NCBI GenBank assembly: GCA_023334545.1
Contig: JAADVB010000142.1
Location: forward strand, 1 to 48,479
Reading direction: 5' to 3'
DNA: 48,479 nt
Source of the DNA: Salisapilia sapeloensis CBS 127946
Taxonomy: Eukaryota; Protista; Oomycota
Under the pieces are notes generated by a model. It searched no databases. It worked only from the letters and a program-made list of their open reading frames with translations, and was not told where the DNA came from. Positions within the stretch are counted from its first letter, which is position 1. Each line of letters opens with the position of its first letter. Of the stretch, positions 32,848-44,800 are shown one piece after another. The translations under genes and the position numbers were made by a program.

Positions 32848-35800
32848 TTAAAACTTTTGGAATTGAATGCCTTCGATCGGAGCGTCATCTTCTAATACAT
32901 ACAAACGCGAACACCAGTACTTGTCGTCATACTCATCTGCCTCTACCGACCTTTGGATTGACAGTGTCGCTTTTGCCTATGCGTTTCAAGTTTTAATGTC
33001 AGATACAGAGTTGTTATGCCTAGTAATATACCCTCTCTAGCTCGAAAAAAAGCAAGTTGTCATCCCAGATCTTGTTATATGTGTTTCCAAGCATCTACAG
33101 TGGTTTAAAGAAAAGATATAGGAGTAAGAGACACATATACAAAGCTACTGGATATGATCAATGTACCGCAATCAGTAGGTTGAGCAGCATAATAGTTCCG
33201 ATGATAACGTAGAGAACAAAGAGTAAGACAGCAAGTGGGCCACCGTGTAAAATTGCATCCCAGTCCCATTCTCCGACACTCATTTGAAAGACCGAGGTCA
33301 TGGAGGAAAAGTAGGATAGATATCCTTGGATCTACACAGGAACGATTAAAGAAGAATACGGTTTAATCATTTGAGTGATGTGCTTGTGTGAAGGCAAGTA
33401 CCTGCAGGATGAAGAAAGCAAAAGCAAATCCACACATAAAGAGTCCAAAGACAAACAAGAAAAGGAAGATATCCGTAAACATCTACAAACAAGAAGACAA
33501 CTTACTACAAACAGATCATAAAGCAATATCGCCGAGCTTACCTTGAATATCATACGGACAAATGGACCAAGAAGTCGATTACCACGAGCAAATTGAATCC
33601 ACTTGATGAATATCTGTGGACCGACGATACTCATTAATGTCGTTCGTAAATTGTATTTTCGCCACATGACCTCGCCTTGAGATTCGGGATAGACATAGAG
33701 CGTATAATCTGTGTCTGCGACAGCTACAAATACCATGCAATTGGTTAATAGGCTGATAGGAATATTGGGCAGATAACAAACGTCCATACTTTCAGAATCG
33801 AACATGCCCTTGATGTCTGTCACTAACAGCATCCAGACGCATGCAATTTGAAGCATATCAAACCAGTTCCAGCCATCCTGTAGGTAAGTCCACAGTGATC
33901 TTGCTTGTCTGTACGAATTAACCTATTGTCACTGTCTGTGTAAGCTCATTCAGAAATAAAATTGACAACTAGCAGTTTACTTCTTGCACTGTGTAGTAGT
34001 AGTTAATTGCTGAATAGACGATTCGAGCTCCATCACGTATATAGACTGGCCAAGTTGCATCTTCTGAGAACAAGGAAGCTCGATACCCACCTAAAGGCAT
34101 ACCCAGCATGACGTCTCCGACATGAAGATACCTATTGTACACTTAGCAATAGAAACCTTGAATTTATGAGTATCTTACGTTGCGAGGAATACAGCGAGAA
34201 AATATATAAAGTAAATATGAAATTCTGAGCGGAAGGTCTGCTTCGCGAACGTATTCCACCTGTCAAGTTACTGTCAGTACGTTTACTACACGTCATTGAG
34301 TATTTAAAAAACGCACTTATGGTTGATGAGCTGACGGACCCAGGCATGGCGGATCAAGTCTTTGCATTCTGTCTATAGCGAAAATTGTAAGGTGCCTTCT
34401 TAATGGTCTCGTAAAGCTCCCAAGTACTACCTGAATGATGAGAGATAGTGTTGGGCTATAACGTCCTCGAAACTCCGCATGATCGTAGACGTACTCATAT
34501 AAAATACCCTTTGGCTCTCTTACAATGCTAACTCGCTCTTTGTCGTCGGGATCGGATGTAGCGAAAATGTTTTGGACACTGAGAAAGCGTCGAATTCTCC
34601 ACAGCAGTCGCCAAAATCGGTACAGCGGTAGCCATATTAGATCCTCAATCTTTAAGATAGTAGGTCGTCGTGCTCTTCGTCGAGGTGATCGTCCTTCATG
34701 TTCATGTGCCATTCGAGAAACTATCATTTTCAGCATATCCGTAGCTGAAGCCACCTGTTCATGAAAACCCCACTGCTGTTTCAGGTCTCGAGCTCCGTCG
34801 AGAAGATTACATCGAAAGAGAGGTGTATGGAATGAGTCGAATGCTTTCAGGGCAACTGATGGAGCGTTTTGAATGAGAAGATGAAGGATCTTGGCCTTTT
34901 CAAACTTATTCCGAGATTTTGTTGCTTCTGATGGGACGACATGATCGCCGATGATAATGGCAACAAGAAGCCCAGGTTTGAAATGAACACTTCCGGGAGC
35001 TGTTCTAAAGAAATAGACATCTCGATGCGCTATTCCTTGCTGTGTAAGCGATGACAAAAACTCTTTAACTGTCGTACTAATGCCATTCCCATCATTCGCA
35101 TCTCGATGCACAAGCTTCTTTGCTCTACCATTATGCGATAAATTAGCATTACCAGGCGCAATCTGGACAGACTTGTGTCGTTTCCACCCGCATAAGTGAT
35201 ACATAATGCCTTTGGACAATGAAGATGACTTGGTATGATAAATTGGAAACGTATAGCATCGTTCAGCATCACCTGGGAAGTCAACAAAGGAGCCTAGTAG
35301 TTGCACACCGTTGGTCAGTGATAGATCTACGTATCTGCTGGCACAAACGTCGACTTTATTTTCGACAAAGAGCAAGCATACGTCGTCGTGACCACTGGAT
35401 ATAGCGTAGTGCATCCTACAATACACTCTATTAGTCAAATTGTAGATGTACGGAGTTCTTAGAAGACAATTACGCTGTTTCTCCTGCATTATTCTGAGCG
35501 TTAACATTGGCACCATTTTCAAGAAATAGTCTACATAGTGCGATATATCCACCCTCTGCTGCGTAATGCAAAGGCGTATTTCCTGTAGCATCCTGTCGCA
35601 GTACGAGTGGGTGTCCAAATATAGTTAACAAGTCCTGAATAGTGATCATCTCGCCGTGTAGCTTGTTCCTTTCTTGAATAAAATATGCAAAGGATACACC
35701 AAGTTGAGAGATGAGTTCTTGTAGCTCGCTCGATGCATCAGATAGGAGACCACCATCCTTTTCTAATGCCAATACCTTTGTATGCAATGTGCGCAAGAGA

Positions 35801-36630
35801 ATGATACTGTAGCTTTGATAAGGTGATTCAGTCGGATGAGAGGCCCAAAATTCCAATAGCTCTTTCGCAACGTCTGTATATCCTCTCTGAGCTACCACAT
35901 GCATTGCAGTAAACCTATCACAATGTGTACATGAGTAGATATTCTTTGGCTTGTGGTATAATTAGTTTGTACTATGTCCGTACAGAGAGATGCCATGGGG
36001 TTTCTGTAGATCCATACCAATACTATCTTTACAGTATAGAATTTTTTCAATTTTCGGTAGATCAGGCCCTGCTAGTTGTAAAATTCCATCGTCAGAGATG
36101 GTAGGTCCTCTTGCGAGTGGTATGCACTTGCCACATTCATCAAATAGTAACTTGTTCTGTTCTGCTAAACGCTGTCTGCGAGGTGTTACGGCAAGGGTTT
36201 GAAGTCTGCAATATCGCTTCATGACGCGAAGGATGGTCTTCCCAGCTTTGTGTTTACTCGGATCTCTTTGAGACTGTTGCTTTCCAACCCGAAGAGGAAA
36301 ATTAAATCGTTTTGGCAGGTGAAGGCGAAACTTACCACGTTTATCCATCGGTAATGAGTCTTCAATTGGCGGCAGCTGTTTCTCCAACTCATCATTCTTG
36401 TTATCAAGCAGGAGATATTTACGATTGCGATAATACTCTAGTAGAATAGCCTTGTGAGCTTCCTTACGACGTGCCTTCCTTTCCTACATTTTACCATCAG
36501 TACATGTCATATACATAAAATTAAACATATGCATGTGTACCCTGAGATTCTTTTTATACGCCTCAAGTATTTGTTCATGACTTTGAGGTTCCGTTGCAGT
36601 CGCTATCACTACTTCGGACTCGTCTTCCAT
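32848..36630 (-). CDS. Ankyrin-repeat TRP-like cation channel, multi-exon; not all internal exons resolved
   Basis: First exon MEDESEVV at 36630. Ankyrin repeat GNTPLHYAAEGG. Membrane part: YLQDGWNWFDML, RGNRLLGPFVRMIFK, S5 FTDIFLFLFVFGLFMCGFAFAFFIL, pore SVFQMSVGEWDW, S6 LFVLYVIIGTIMLLNLLIA, then MLGNTYNKIW. TAA at 32850-32848. Confidence 0.82.
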
Positions 36631-36741
36631 TGTTGCGAATGCGTATGTCGTTTCATGCTCCAAATGTATCCATGTCAAACTATATGACAGTTTGTATGGT
36701 GCTCGACAAGGTATGACAATCATATCTGTCAAGCAAAGAGT

Positions 36742-39573
36742 ATGTCGATGGAGGAAGGTGAGAACTCTTCTCAGACTCAAGATAAAGCATTTTTCTCCTT
36801 TCCATATGAACCGTACGACATCCAGCTCCAGCTGATGCAACAATTGTATCAGACGATTGATCAAAAGCATGTTGGCATTATGGAAAGCCCAACAGGAACG
36901 GTACGCTAGTTTATGACACAAGCAAAAGCCAAATCATACTCATCCTACACTCTATAGGGAAAATCGATTAGTCTCATATGTGGTGCATTGACATGGTACA
37001 CGAAGCATACTGATAGATATGGAATTGTATTGCCATCTTCAGACGCAACAGAGACGGAAGAATCAACGAATGGAGAGAGTACATCCAGGAGCTTAAATGA
37101 ACCAAGTTGGCTTGCAAACTATGACAAGACCAGAGCTCAAAGAGAAAGAGAGAGTAAGCAAGCAACCGCCCAGGAAGCTCTACGTCCGATCGAAACAGTT
37201 CGACTAGAGTCGGACTCTCAGTCCGCGAAACGAAAGTCTAGTTACGCATACGCTTTCCATGAACGTAAATCGCAGTATCAAATGAGAAAGATACAGAACG
37301 CCAAAGCAGGAGTCTCGAGTGAAAGCAAGAAGACTGGTGAGGAGAAGACGGATGGATCAGATGGTGAGTTTATCGTCGACAGTTACGACAGTGATAAAGC
37401 CCAGCTGCACAGCCAAGATGATAGTGATGAAGAAGTAAGTCCGAGTCTACCAAAGCATTCTTTTAACCCGTATAGTGACAGTAAACCAGAGTACGGTATA
37501 TTAAAAATCATCTACTGCAGTCGAACGCATTCCCAAATATCACAGTTCGTCCATGAAATCAACAAAACAGTCTACGCCGACAGAATACGAGTCATATCGT
37601 TAGGTTCCCGTAAGAACCTCTGCGTCAATCCTAGTGTCCAGTCACTACCATCCGATATCCAGATGACTGACAAATGCCTCGACATGCTGCAGGGCAGTAA
37701 GACAAAGGATAAGAAGACAGCCAAGTGCCCGTTTTATGAACGTGAGCTATTAAGCCACTATAGGAACCATGCTCTCGCCAGTCTGCATGACATTGAGGAC
37801 TTACATCAATTGGGTAACGACATGTCTATCTGCTCGTACTATGGAGCTCGTGAAAGCCTTCCGCTAGCACAGGTTATTACCATGCCTTATTCCATGCTGC
37901 TAAGTAAAGCGACGAGAGAGTCGCTTGGACTAGAGCTGGATGGTAGCGTTGTCATACTGGATGAAGCGCATAATATCATTGATGCCATCGCGAATACGTA
38001 CAAGGTTCAAATCACGAACAAACAGATCGTGGTCTCCAAACGGAGTCTTTGGACGTACTTTCGAAAGTATGAAAAGCGATTGAAAGGGAAGAATGTCTTC
38101 TACATTAAGCAATTGATGGCTATTCTGGACGCACTTACTAAGTTACTGAAGAAAGTGTCCAAGGAGTTGCTGGCCGTAAAAGAAACTGAAAGCAGTCGAG
38201 ATGGGAAAATGATGAGTATTAATGACTTTCTCTTTGAAGCTGGCATCGACCACTTCAACTTGTTCAAAATCCTGCAGTACCTTGAAGAAAGTGAACTACC
38301 GAAGAAATTGCTAGGATTCATGGATGCCGAACATGCGCTTACAAAAGCTCCTTCGAATCAGCCTGACAGTACATCCACTAGCCTCGTGAGTGGATTGACC
38401 GCAGGTATGGTCGACAATGACGCTGATGAGGAATTTGAGAGCCGACATGTATCTCCATTGCGTACTATCCAAGACTTACTTGCTGCTCTTACCAGTGCAG
38501 GACAAGACGGACGGATGCTCGTCCAGCCATCCAACGTACTCTTTCACGATCAATCCTTTTGTCCGAAGTTTATAAAGTAATTGTTTTATTGTGTACAGGT
38601 ATCCAAGGGCGTAGAAGGTCTTGTTCGCTTCATCCTTTTAAATCCTGCGACTCACTTTGAAGAGATTGTAAAGAAATCTCGGAGTGTAATCTTAGCTGGT
38701 GGTACGATGAAACCAGTATCGGAAGTTACGAGTCAGCTATTTGCTTCTGTACCAAATGACCACATTGATCTCTTTTCATGTGGCCACGTAATTCCACCAA
38801 GTAATCTTATTGGCGTCAGTCTAGCTTCTGGTCCATCTGCCAAGCACCTCGAGTTCACGTACTCTCGACGTGGTGATATGGAGGCATTGGATGAACTCGG
38901 TAGAATACTACTTAACTTAGTTCGGATTGTCCCTGGAGGCATCGTCCTCTTCTTTCCTTCCTACCGATTTGAAAATGACGTCGTCAAACGATGGCGACAG
39001 ACCGGTCTGTACGATGATATTACGCGCAAGAAAGCGATCTTTCGAGAACCAAAGCAAAGAGATGAGCTGTCAATCGTCTTAAACCAGTATGCTGCGACTT
39101 GTAACTCGAAGACCAAGAACGGAGCTGTTCTTTTAAGTGTTGTCGGGGGTAGAATGTCCGAAGGTATCAACTTTAGTGATGACTTGGCACGATGTGTTGT
39201 CATGGTTGGATTACCATATCCGAACGCTCGAGACCCAGAGCTCGTGGAGAAAATGAGCTACTTGGACAAACGACAGCCTGGTTCAGGACGTCGCTTCTAC
39301 GAAAGTCTCTGTATGAAAGCAGTCAATCAATCCATCGGTAAGTCGAATATCTCTAGGTCAATCAGCCCGAAGTTGTCTGACATGTATCTTGTAGGTCGGT
39401 CCATTCGGCACCAGAACGACTATGCAAGCATCGTGCTTGTTGATCAGCGCTTTGGCAACGCATCGACTCGATCTCGACTACCGGATTGGATTCAGTCTCG
39501 AATGCAGCCTCCATCTGGCTTTGGCGAAGCCTACTCGAAACTCGTGCAGTTCTATCGATCCAAGCAACGTTGA
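36742..39573 (+). CDS. DDX11: Fe-S cluster DNA helicase DDX11/ChlR1, 4 exons
   Basis: FPYEPYDIQ (Q motif), ESPTGT|GKS (Walker A across intron 36901-36957), [12 protein letters not shown], Fe-S cysteines, [21 protein letters not shown] and QSIGRSIRH. Further introns at 38536-38598 and 39338-39394. Confidence 0.95.
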
Positions 39574-39662
39574 GCTGACTTACTAGACACTAAGAAACAC
39601 TTTTGAACGATAGATAAAACATTTTGTACGGACCCAAAGCATGTCATTGCCTCGATTAAATG

Positions 39663-41694
39663 TTACTGCTCTAGTTGGGAAGCATAAGCAGTGTTCACGA
39701 CTTGTTTGGCGATACCCAAGACTCTTCCAGCAAGTTCTTCGTCCTCGAAACTCCACTCGAGCGATACTTCCCAATCAGGCGTTACAGACAGACCTACAGA
39801 ACGTACCTTGATCCACATGCCGTCACGTTCCAACTGAACATGCTGTAACCATTTCCCAAGCCCCTTTTCTAGAGCATCTAAGACATCCATGACGTTTGCT
39901 TTTGGTAAGTCCTCTGCTTCATTCTCACTAGCCGACGACTCGGCATTTGCCGACAGTAAGAATGAAAGCGCAGAAGAAGATCCTCTTGATGCTTTCTTTT
40001 TGTGTCGAATAGAAGGCTCTGCTTCCTTCTTCCACGTGTAGTTGAACTGGAGCGTATGACGTTTCTTTTTTAATCTCCTTGCAGCACTACCAATGGTTAC
40101 AAGTGACAATTTGCGCTTCGACTCGGCTACAAGTGCACCGTTTACATGTGCTGGATCACTTAGCATACTTCTATGGATACGTAAAGGAATGTCTTTTGAA
40201 GTTTTGATTTTCGTCGGTCCAGTTGCATGTAGCTCTTGGATAGTAACTTGATTAGAAGTCAACTCGTCCTTGAGACGCATAAGGACATGTGCTCGAATGA
40301 ATTGAACATCTTCCGACATTGTGCCTGCATCCAGCAGGACTTGCCTTGCACCGGAAGAAGCGGTGAACTCGACTACACTCTTTGCATCGACCTCATCTCC
40401 GCACGGAAAGTAGTGGACGCCACAGGCAATGTGCACACCCAAACGCTTCGAAACCTCTCGCCTTTGTGCATCGGCATACAACAGGTAGTTCGTCGTACCT
40501 GGTTTACAGTGTTCAGAGAGGACAATAAGATTCTTTGGGTCATTCGCACACGCTTTAATCGCTTTCAAAGAGTTTCCGTAAGCAATGTTAGCCGGACTAG
40601 TGAACACGACACATGCAGGAGACTGTTTCTGCAGCTTGGACCAGTCGAATCCTTTATGGTCAGGAATGCTGCTTGGGTTCTTAGCTCGTTCAGCGAGGAG
40701 ATGCTTGAATTGGGAAGAGTACGTGCGTTGCAAGAGAGGCGTAAAACGATTAGGGAACTCTAGTGCTTCGTCCGTGATGTAGATCGGATAGGACAGCTGC
40801 ATCTGTTGCCAGTACTGGAGCAAGATGGTCAAGAGTTCTTGAAAGAAACCCATGCGATAGACTGGGATGACAACTTTACCACCTGCTTGTAAACTCTCCT
40901 GCATCACTCTTGTTAAATCACGTTCCATCGAGAGACGCGTTTCAGAGACGGAGACGGCGAATGCACTTCGAACGATCAGTGCTGTCGGGTATAACTTTGG
41001 AATGCTTGCAGGGAGCAATACATGACCACCTACTAGATTAAAATCTAAAGCGAAAAGCACAGACGATGCGCCGATTTCAATGTAGTAGACGCACCCGCCT
41101 GGAACATGACCAGCATGGTAGGCTGTGATCTTCAAGTTCTCGTTGACAGTCATGCAAGCCTTCATCGAGATGGCAGTGGACTTGGCAAATGCTGTGGTAA
41201 TGTCCTGCGAATCGTACATGGGGCTACTATCTTTCGAAGATCCGTACAACACATCCCTTCATCCATACATGTATAGTTAGTTTACAGGTTTTCTCGGAAT
41301 GGAGACTAGTGTACCAGTATTCCGTGAGTACGTGGGGCCCAATGGCACGAGTCCCGTGGGATAAATAGATGGGCGGCTGCTGTCGTAGCTGCTGAGATTG
41401 AGGGTTCGGCACCATATTCATCTTTGCAAAGCACTTTTCCGTCAAATACGGTAGCATAAAGCACGATTCCGGCCGATAGTCCGGTACGAGGACAGCAGTA
41501 ATCGGCATTTGGGAAGGCGCATCACGTCGAACGAGCTCCATCATGTCTTGTGCGTACTGTCGTGACGTCTCTTCATCGTCCTCCTCTCCATCCAACGCCA
41601 TCTTTCTCTCACCGCATCCAAGAAGCAACGTCGTATCCGTCACATCATCATGAAGGACGAAGGACGCACCACCGCCGATCCGATCGACCCACAT
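39663..41694 (-). CDS. INTS11/CPSF73-like metallo-beta-lactamase/beta-CASP protein with degenerate catalytic motifs, 2 exons
   Basis: LPYLTE, YHAGHVPGG, GGKVVIPVYRMGFFQEL and NDPKNLIVLSEHCKPGT follow the INTS11 layout. Intron 41314-41257 joins the two track ORFs. First plausible ATG is at 41694. Confidence 0.85.
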
Positions 41695-41881
41695 GCTCTC
41701 GTCTTCTGGTGTAGAAGTAGATTTATCCTTGTTGACTATTTTGAAACGCAACTTGAAGTTCAGGCGTGACAACCATCTGACTCCCCTAGATTTTCATCGT
41801 TTTTTCCTACGAGATCAGAATTTCAAATAGTATTACTAGGAGCTCTCGTACCGACAACTATATTCGACGTACGGAGCTAAC

Positions 41882-44800
41882 ATGGCGTCTTCTAGTCCTG
41901 TTGATGAGCTCTGGAAGCGTGGATATACGGATGCAACGACATATGAGACTGCTAGGACGGAAATTTCAGTGGACAAACATGTCGATGAGTACCAAACTCT
42001 TGATAGTGGCAGCGAGTCGGATCATGAAGTGGATGAAGCGGCGGAAGCTACGGTAGCAAACAAAGTGGCTCCACCAGGACAACCTTCTACAGAAACCTCG
42101 GTGGATGACCAAAGGCCGTCGAACACGGACTATGTCTCGTCCAATCGTACCTGGATGTCTCCTGTATTAAACGGAAGAGAATCTTCTTCTAGACTAGAGC
42201 GATCCACCATCCACATTAAACGCCGTCCGACAATCTCTCGTGCCGATAGCTTCCGTCTCTCTCGCCATGGACCGGATGAACCTGCTGAAAGTGTCGTGTA
42301 TGAACAGCTTTTAAATCTAGGAAATTACGTCAAGATGGGATGGCTCGTCAAGCAAGGACACATGTGGCGGAACTGGAAGACTCGATTCTTTGTGCTCTTC
42401 CCAGATGGAACCTTGGTCTATTACAAGCACGACGGGAAGCGAAAAATCCAAGGCAGCATGCGTCTGAATGAAGGCGTCGTGTCCGTGCAACACGTGGATG
42501 TTCGACTTTCTGGACGTCCGTATGTATTTCAGATCGAGAAGGGATTTTATCGTCTATGGTGCAGCTGTCGAACACAAGTCGAGGCAGAGCTTTGGGTCTA
42601 TTGTCTTCGCTCCGTTCGTAAAGTGCCTCCGCCTTGTCTCGAATTCAACTTGACTTCCGTAGAAGAGAAACCGGTTGTAAGTGCCGTGGAGCGTCATCTG
42701 AACAAGATCATGGCCGTCGATAGGCATATCCGAACGGCCGTAGCCAATTTCTTGACCTCTTCAAGTACGCAGAACCTTCGTTCTGTGTTTTCATTTGTAG
42801 AGAAGATGCAGGATCAAATCATTGACCGGTATCGTGTCCAATTACAGAATGATCGAGCTCTAGAAATGTTATCTGGGAACGATCTTATCAAAGTTACTCG
42901 AAGATACATTGAAGATCGGATCTTCCATCCAATGCACTCTGTCGTCTACGGTCATTTGCATTCACCTCGACTCCGGTCCATTCGATATGCGACCAAAGTC
43001 AATTTGAAAGAACTCCAGACAAAGTCACAGGAACATTTTGGCATCCCAACGGAATTGCAGTCGGAACAAGGATGGAAAGATGTGATTGAAATGGTCAATT
43101 GGATGGACTGTGCCTCTCTACCTGCACATAAGCTCGAAGTCATTTTGTCTGCCGGTAGGAGGATGATGGACATCATTGCGAGCAGACATGGTGACATGTA
43201 CGACGTGCCTGAAGACACCATCTCTAGTATCTTCCGATACGCTGTTGCTCATTCCTCCATCAGTGACTGCGTTGTCACCAGGGCGTTGTTAAAGAACTTG
43301 TACACCGATCATCCAGCATGTGGAAACGACCAGTTTCTCGTCAGTGCTTTCTTAGCTGCAGTCAAATGGATTGAGCGCTACGAGTGCGATAGCGACGACT
43401 CAGAGGATTCGAGTATTTCGTTTGCATCATCTCGAGTCATTGTGTCTATCTCCACGACAGACGTAGGGATCCAGTTCACTGGTGATGGAAGCGGACGTGG
43501 AGCAATCGTTCACAACGTCAAGAGGCAGTCGCAAGCAGCTATGAGCGGTGCCATCGTTCCTAGTCTATCCCTCATCGCCGTGAATGATCAGCCAGTGGTA
43601 CTTATGCCTTTTCAAGAAGTTATTAACAAGGTCCAAACGGCTGCACTACCCAAGCGCCTGACGTTCTTCACCGAGTTCTGTTACTACCAAGTGCTCTCTC
43701 TTGACAATGAAATGCTACAGTACCTCATGTGCCTCGCAGCTGGTCGAGGTGATCTCGACTCCGTAACGTACCTGCTACCTCACGTTGAAGTGGATGCATC
43801 ATGCACGTGGGAGAAGACGCGTGGGAAACAGGTCTTTGGCTTTGAACCACCATCCAGTAGAGGCTGTCCTTTGCACATTGCATGCAGACAAGGGCAGTTA
43901 GCAGTCGTCATGTACCTACTAGAGAATGGTGCCAATCCGAACGTCCGGAACCATAAAGGCGAGACACCGTTGCATGTAGCTGGAGGCTCTGCCTACTCTG
44001 TCCCGATCATTAGGCATCTCGTGGAGGACGCTGATGCGAGCGTCAATGCGATTGATACGAGAGGGTACACACCGTTGATGCTGATGGTAAAGGAAGGTTA
44101 CAAGGAAGAAGCTGAGGAGCTGTTTTCTCTGGGTGCCGATATACACTTTGCTGCTTGGTCGGATGGATATACGGCACTGGAAGCTGCTGTCACGTCTGGA
44201 TATCCGCATGTCGTAAGCTTGTGTCTAGAAAAAGGTAGCGATCCGAACGCCGAGACAGTTGACGGTAGTAGAAGTCTGCACCTGGCGGTTTTGCAAGGAT
44301 CGGTGGACTCCATGAAGCTTTTGCTTGACGCTGGCGCAGACCCTAATACTAGGAACAGAGTCGGACAAACACCATTGGCACTGCTGGCGGCAGAAGCGTC
44401 AAAACAAATGACCGGAGATTCTTTCCTCGAAGCACTGGACTTGCTACAGACTTCTGGTGGCGACTGTCGTATTCGAGATATGCTTGGTCGACATGTCTTG
44501 CACTACCTCCACACGCTCTCGTTTTGTGTTTCACCTCAGTTTCTTAAAGTAGACAAAACGTCTATTCTGGATCTAGATATCTTTGGATGCACAGCAGCGC
44601 AGTATCAAGAGCTAGAGGAGAAGAATGATAAGATCGTGCTGCAATTGCAGAAGAAGAGGCCATCGTCATCCTATTTGGTCGAAAATCTAGATGATCGGTC
44701 CGAGAGAGTGTTGAAGAAGTCACAGTCCATTCCAGAGCTACTGAACGTCCTCATCTCGGATGTAACTGTCCACTGTGTTGACGTCGTATCATTCGTAGTC

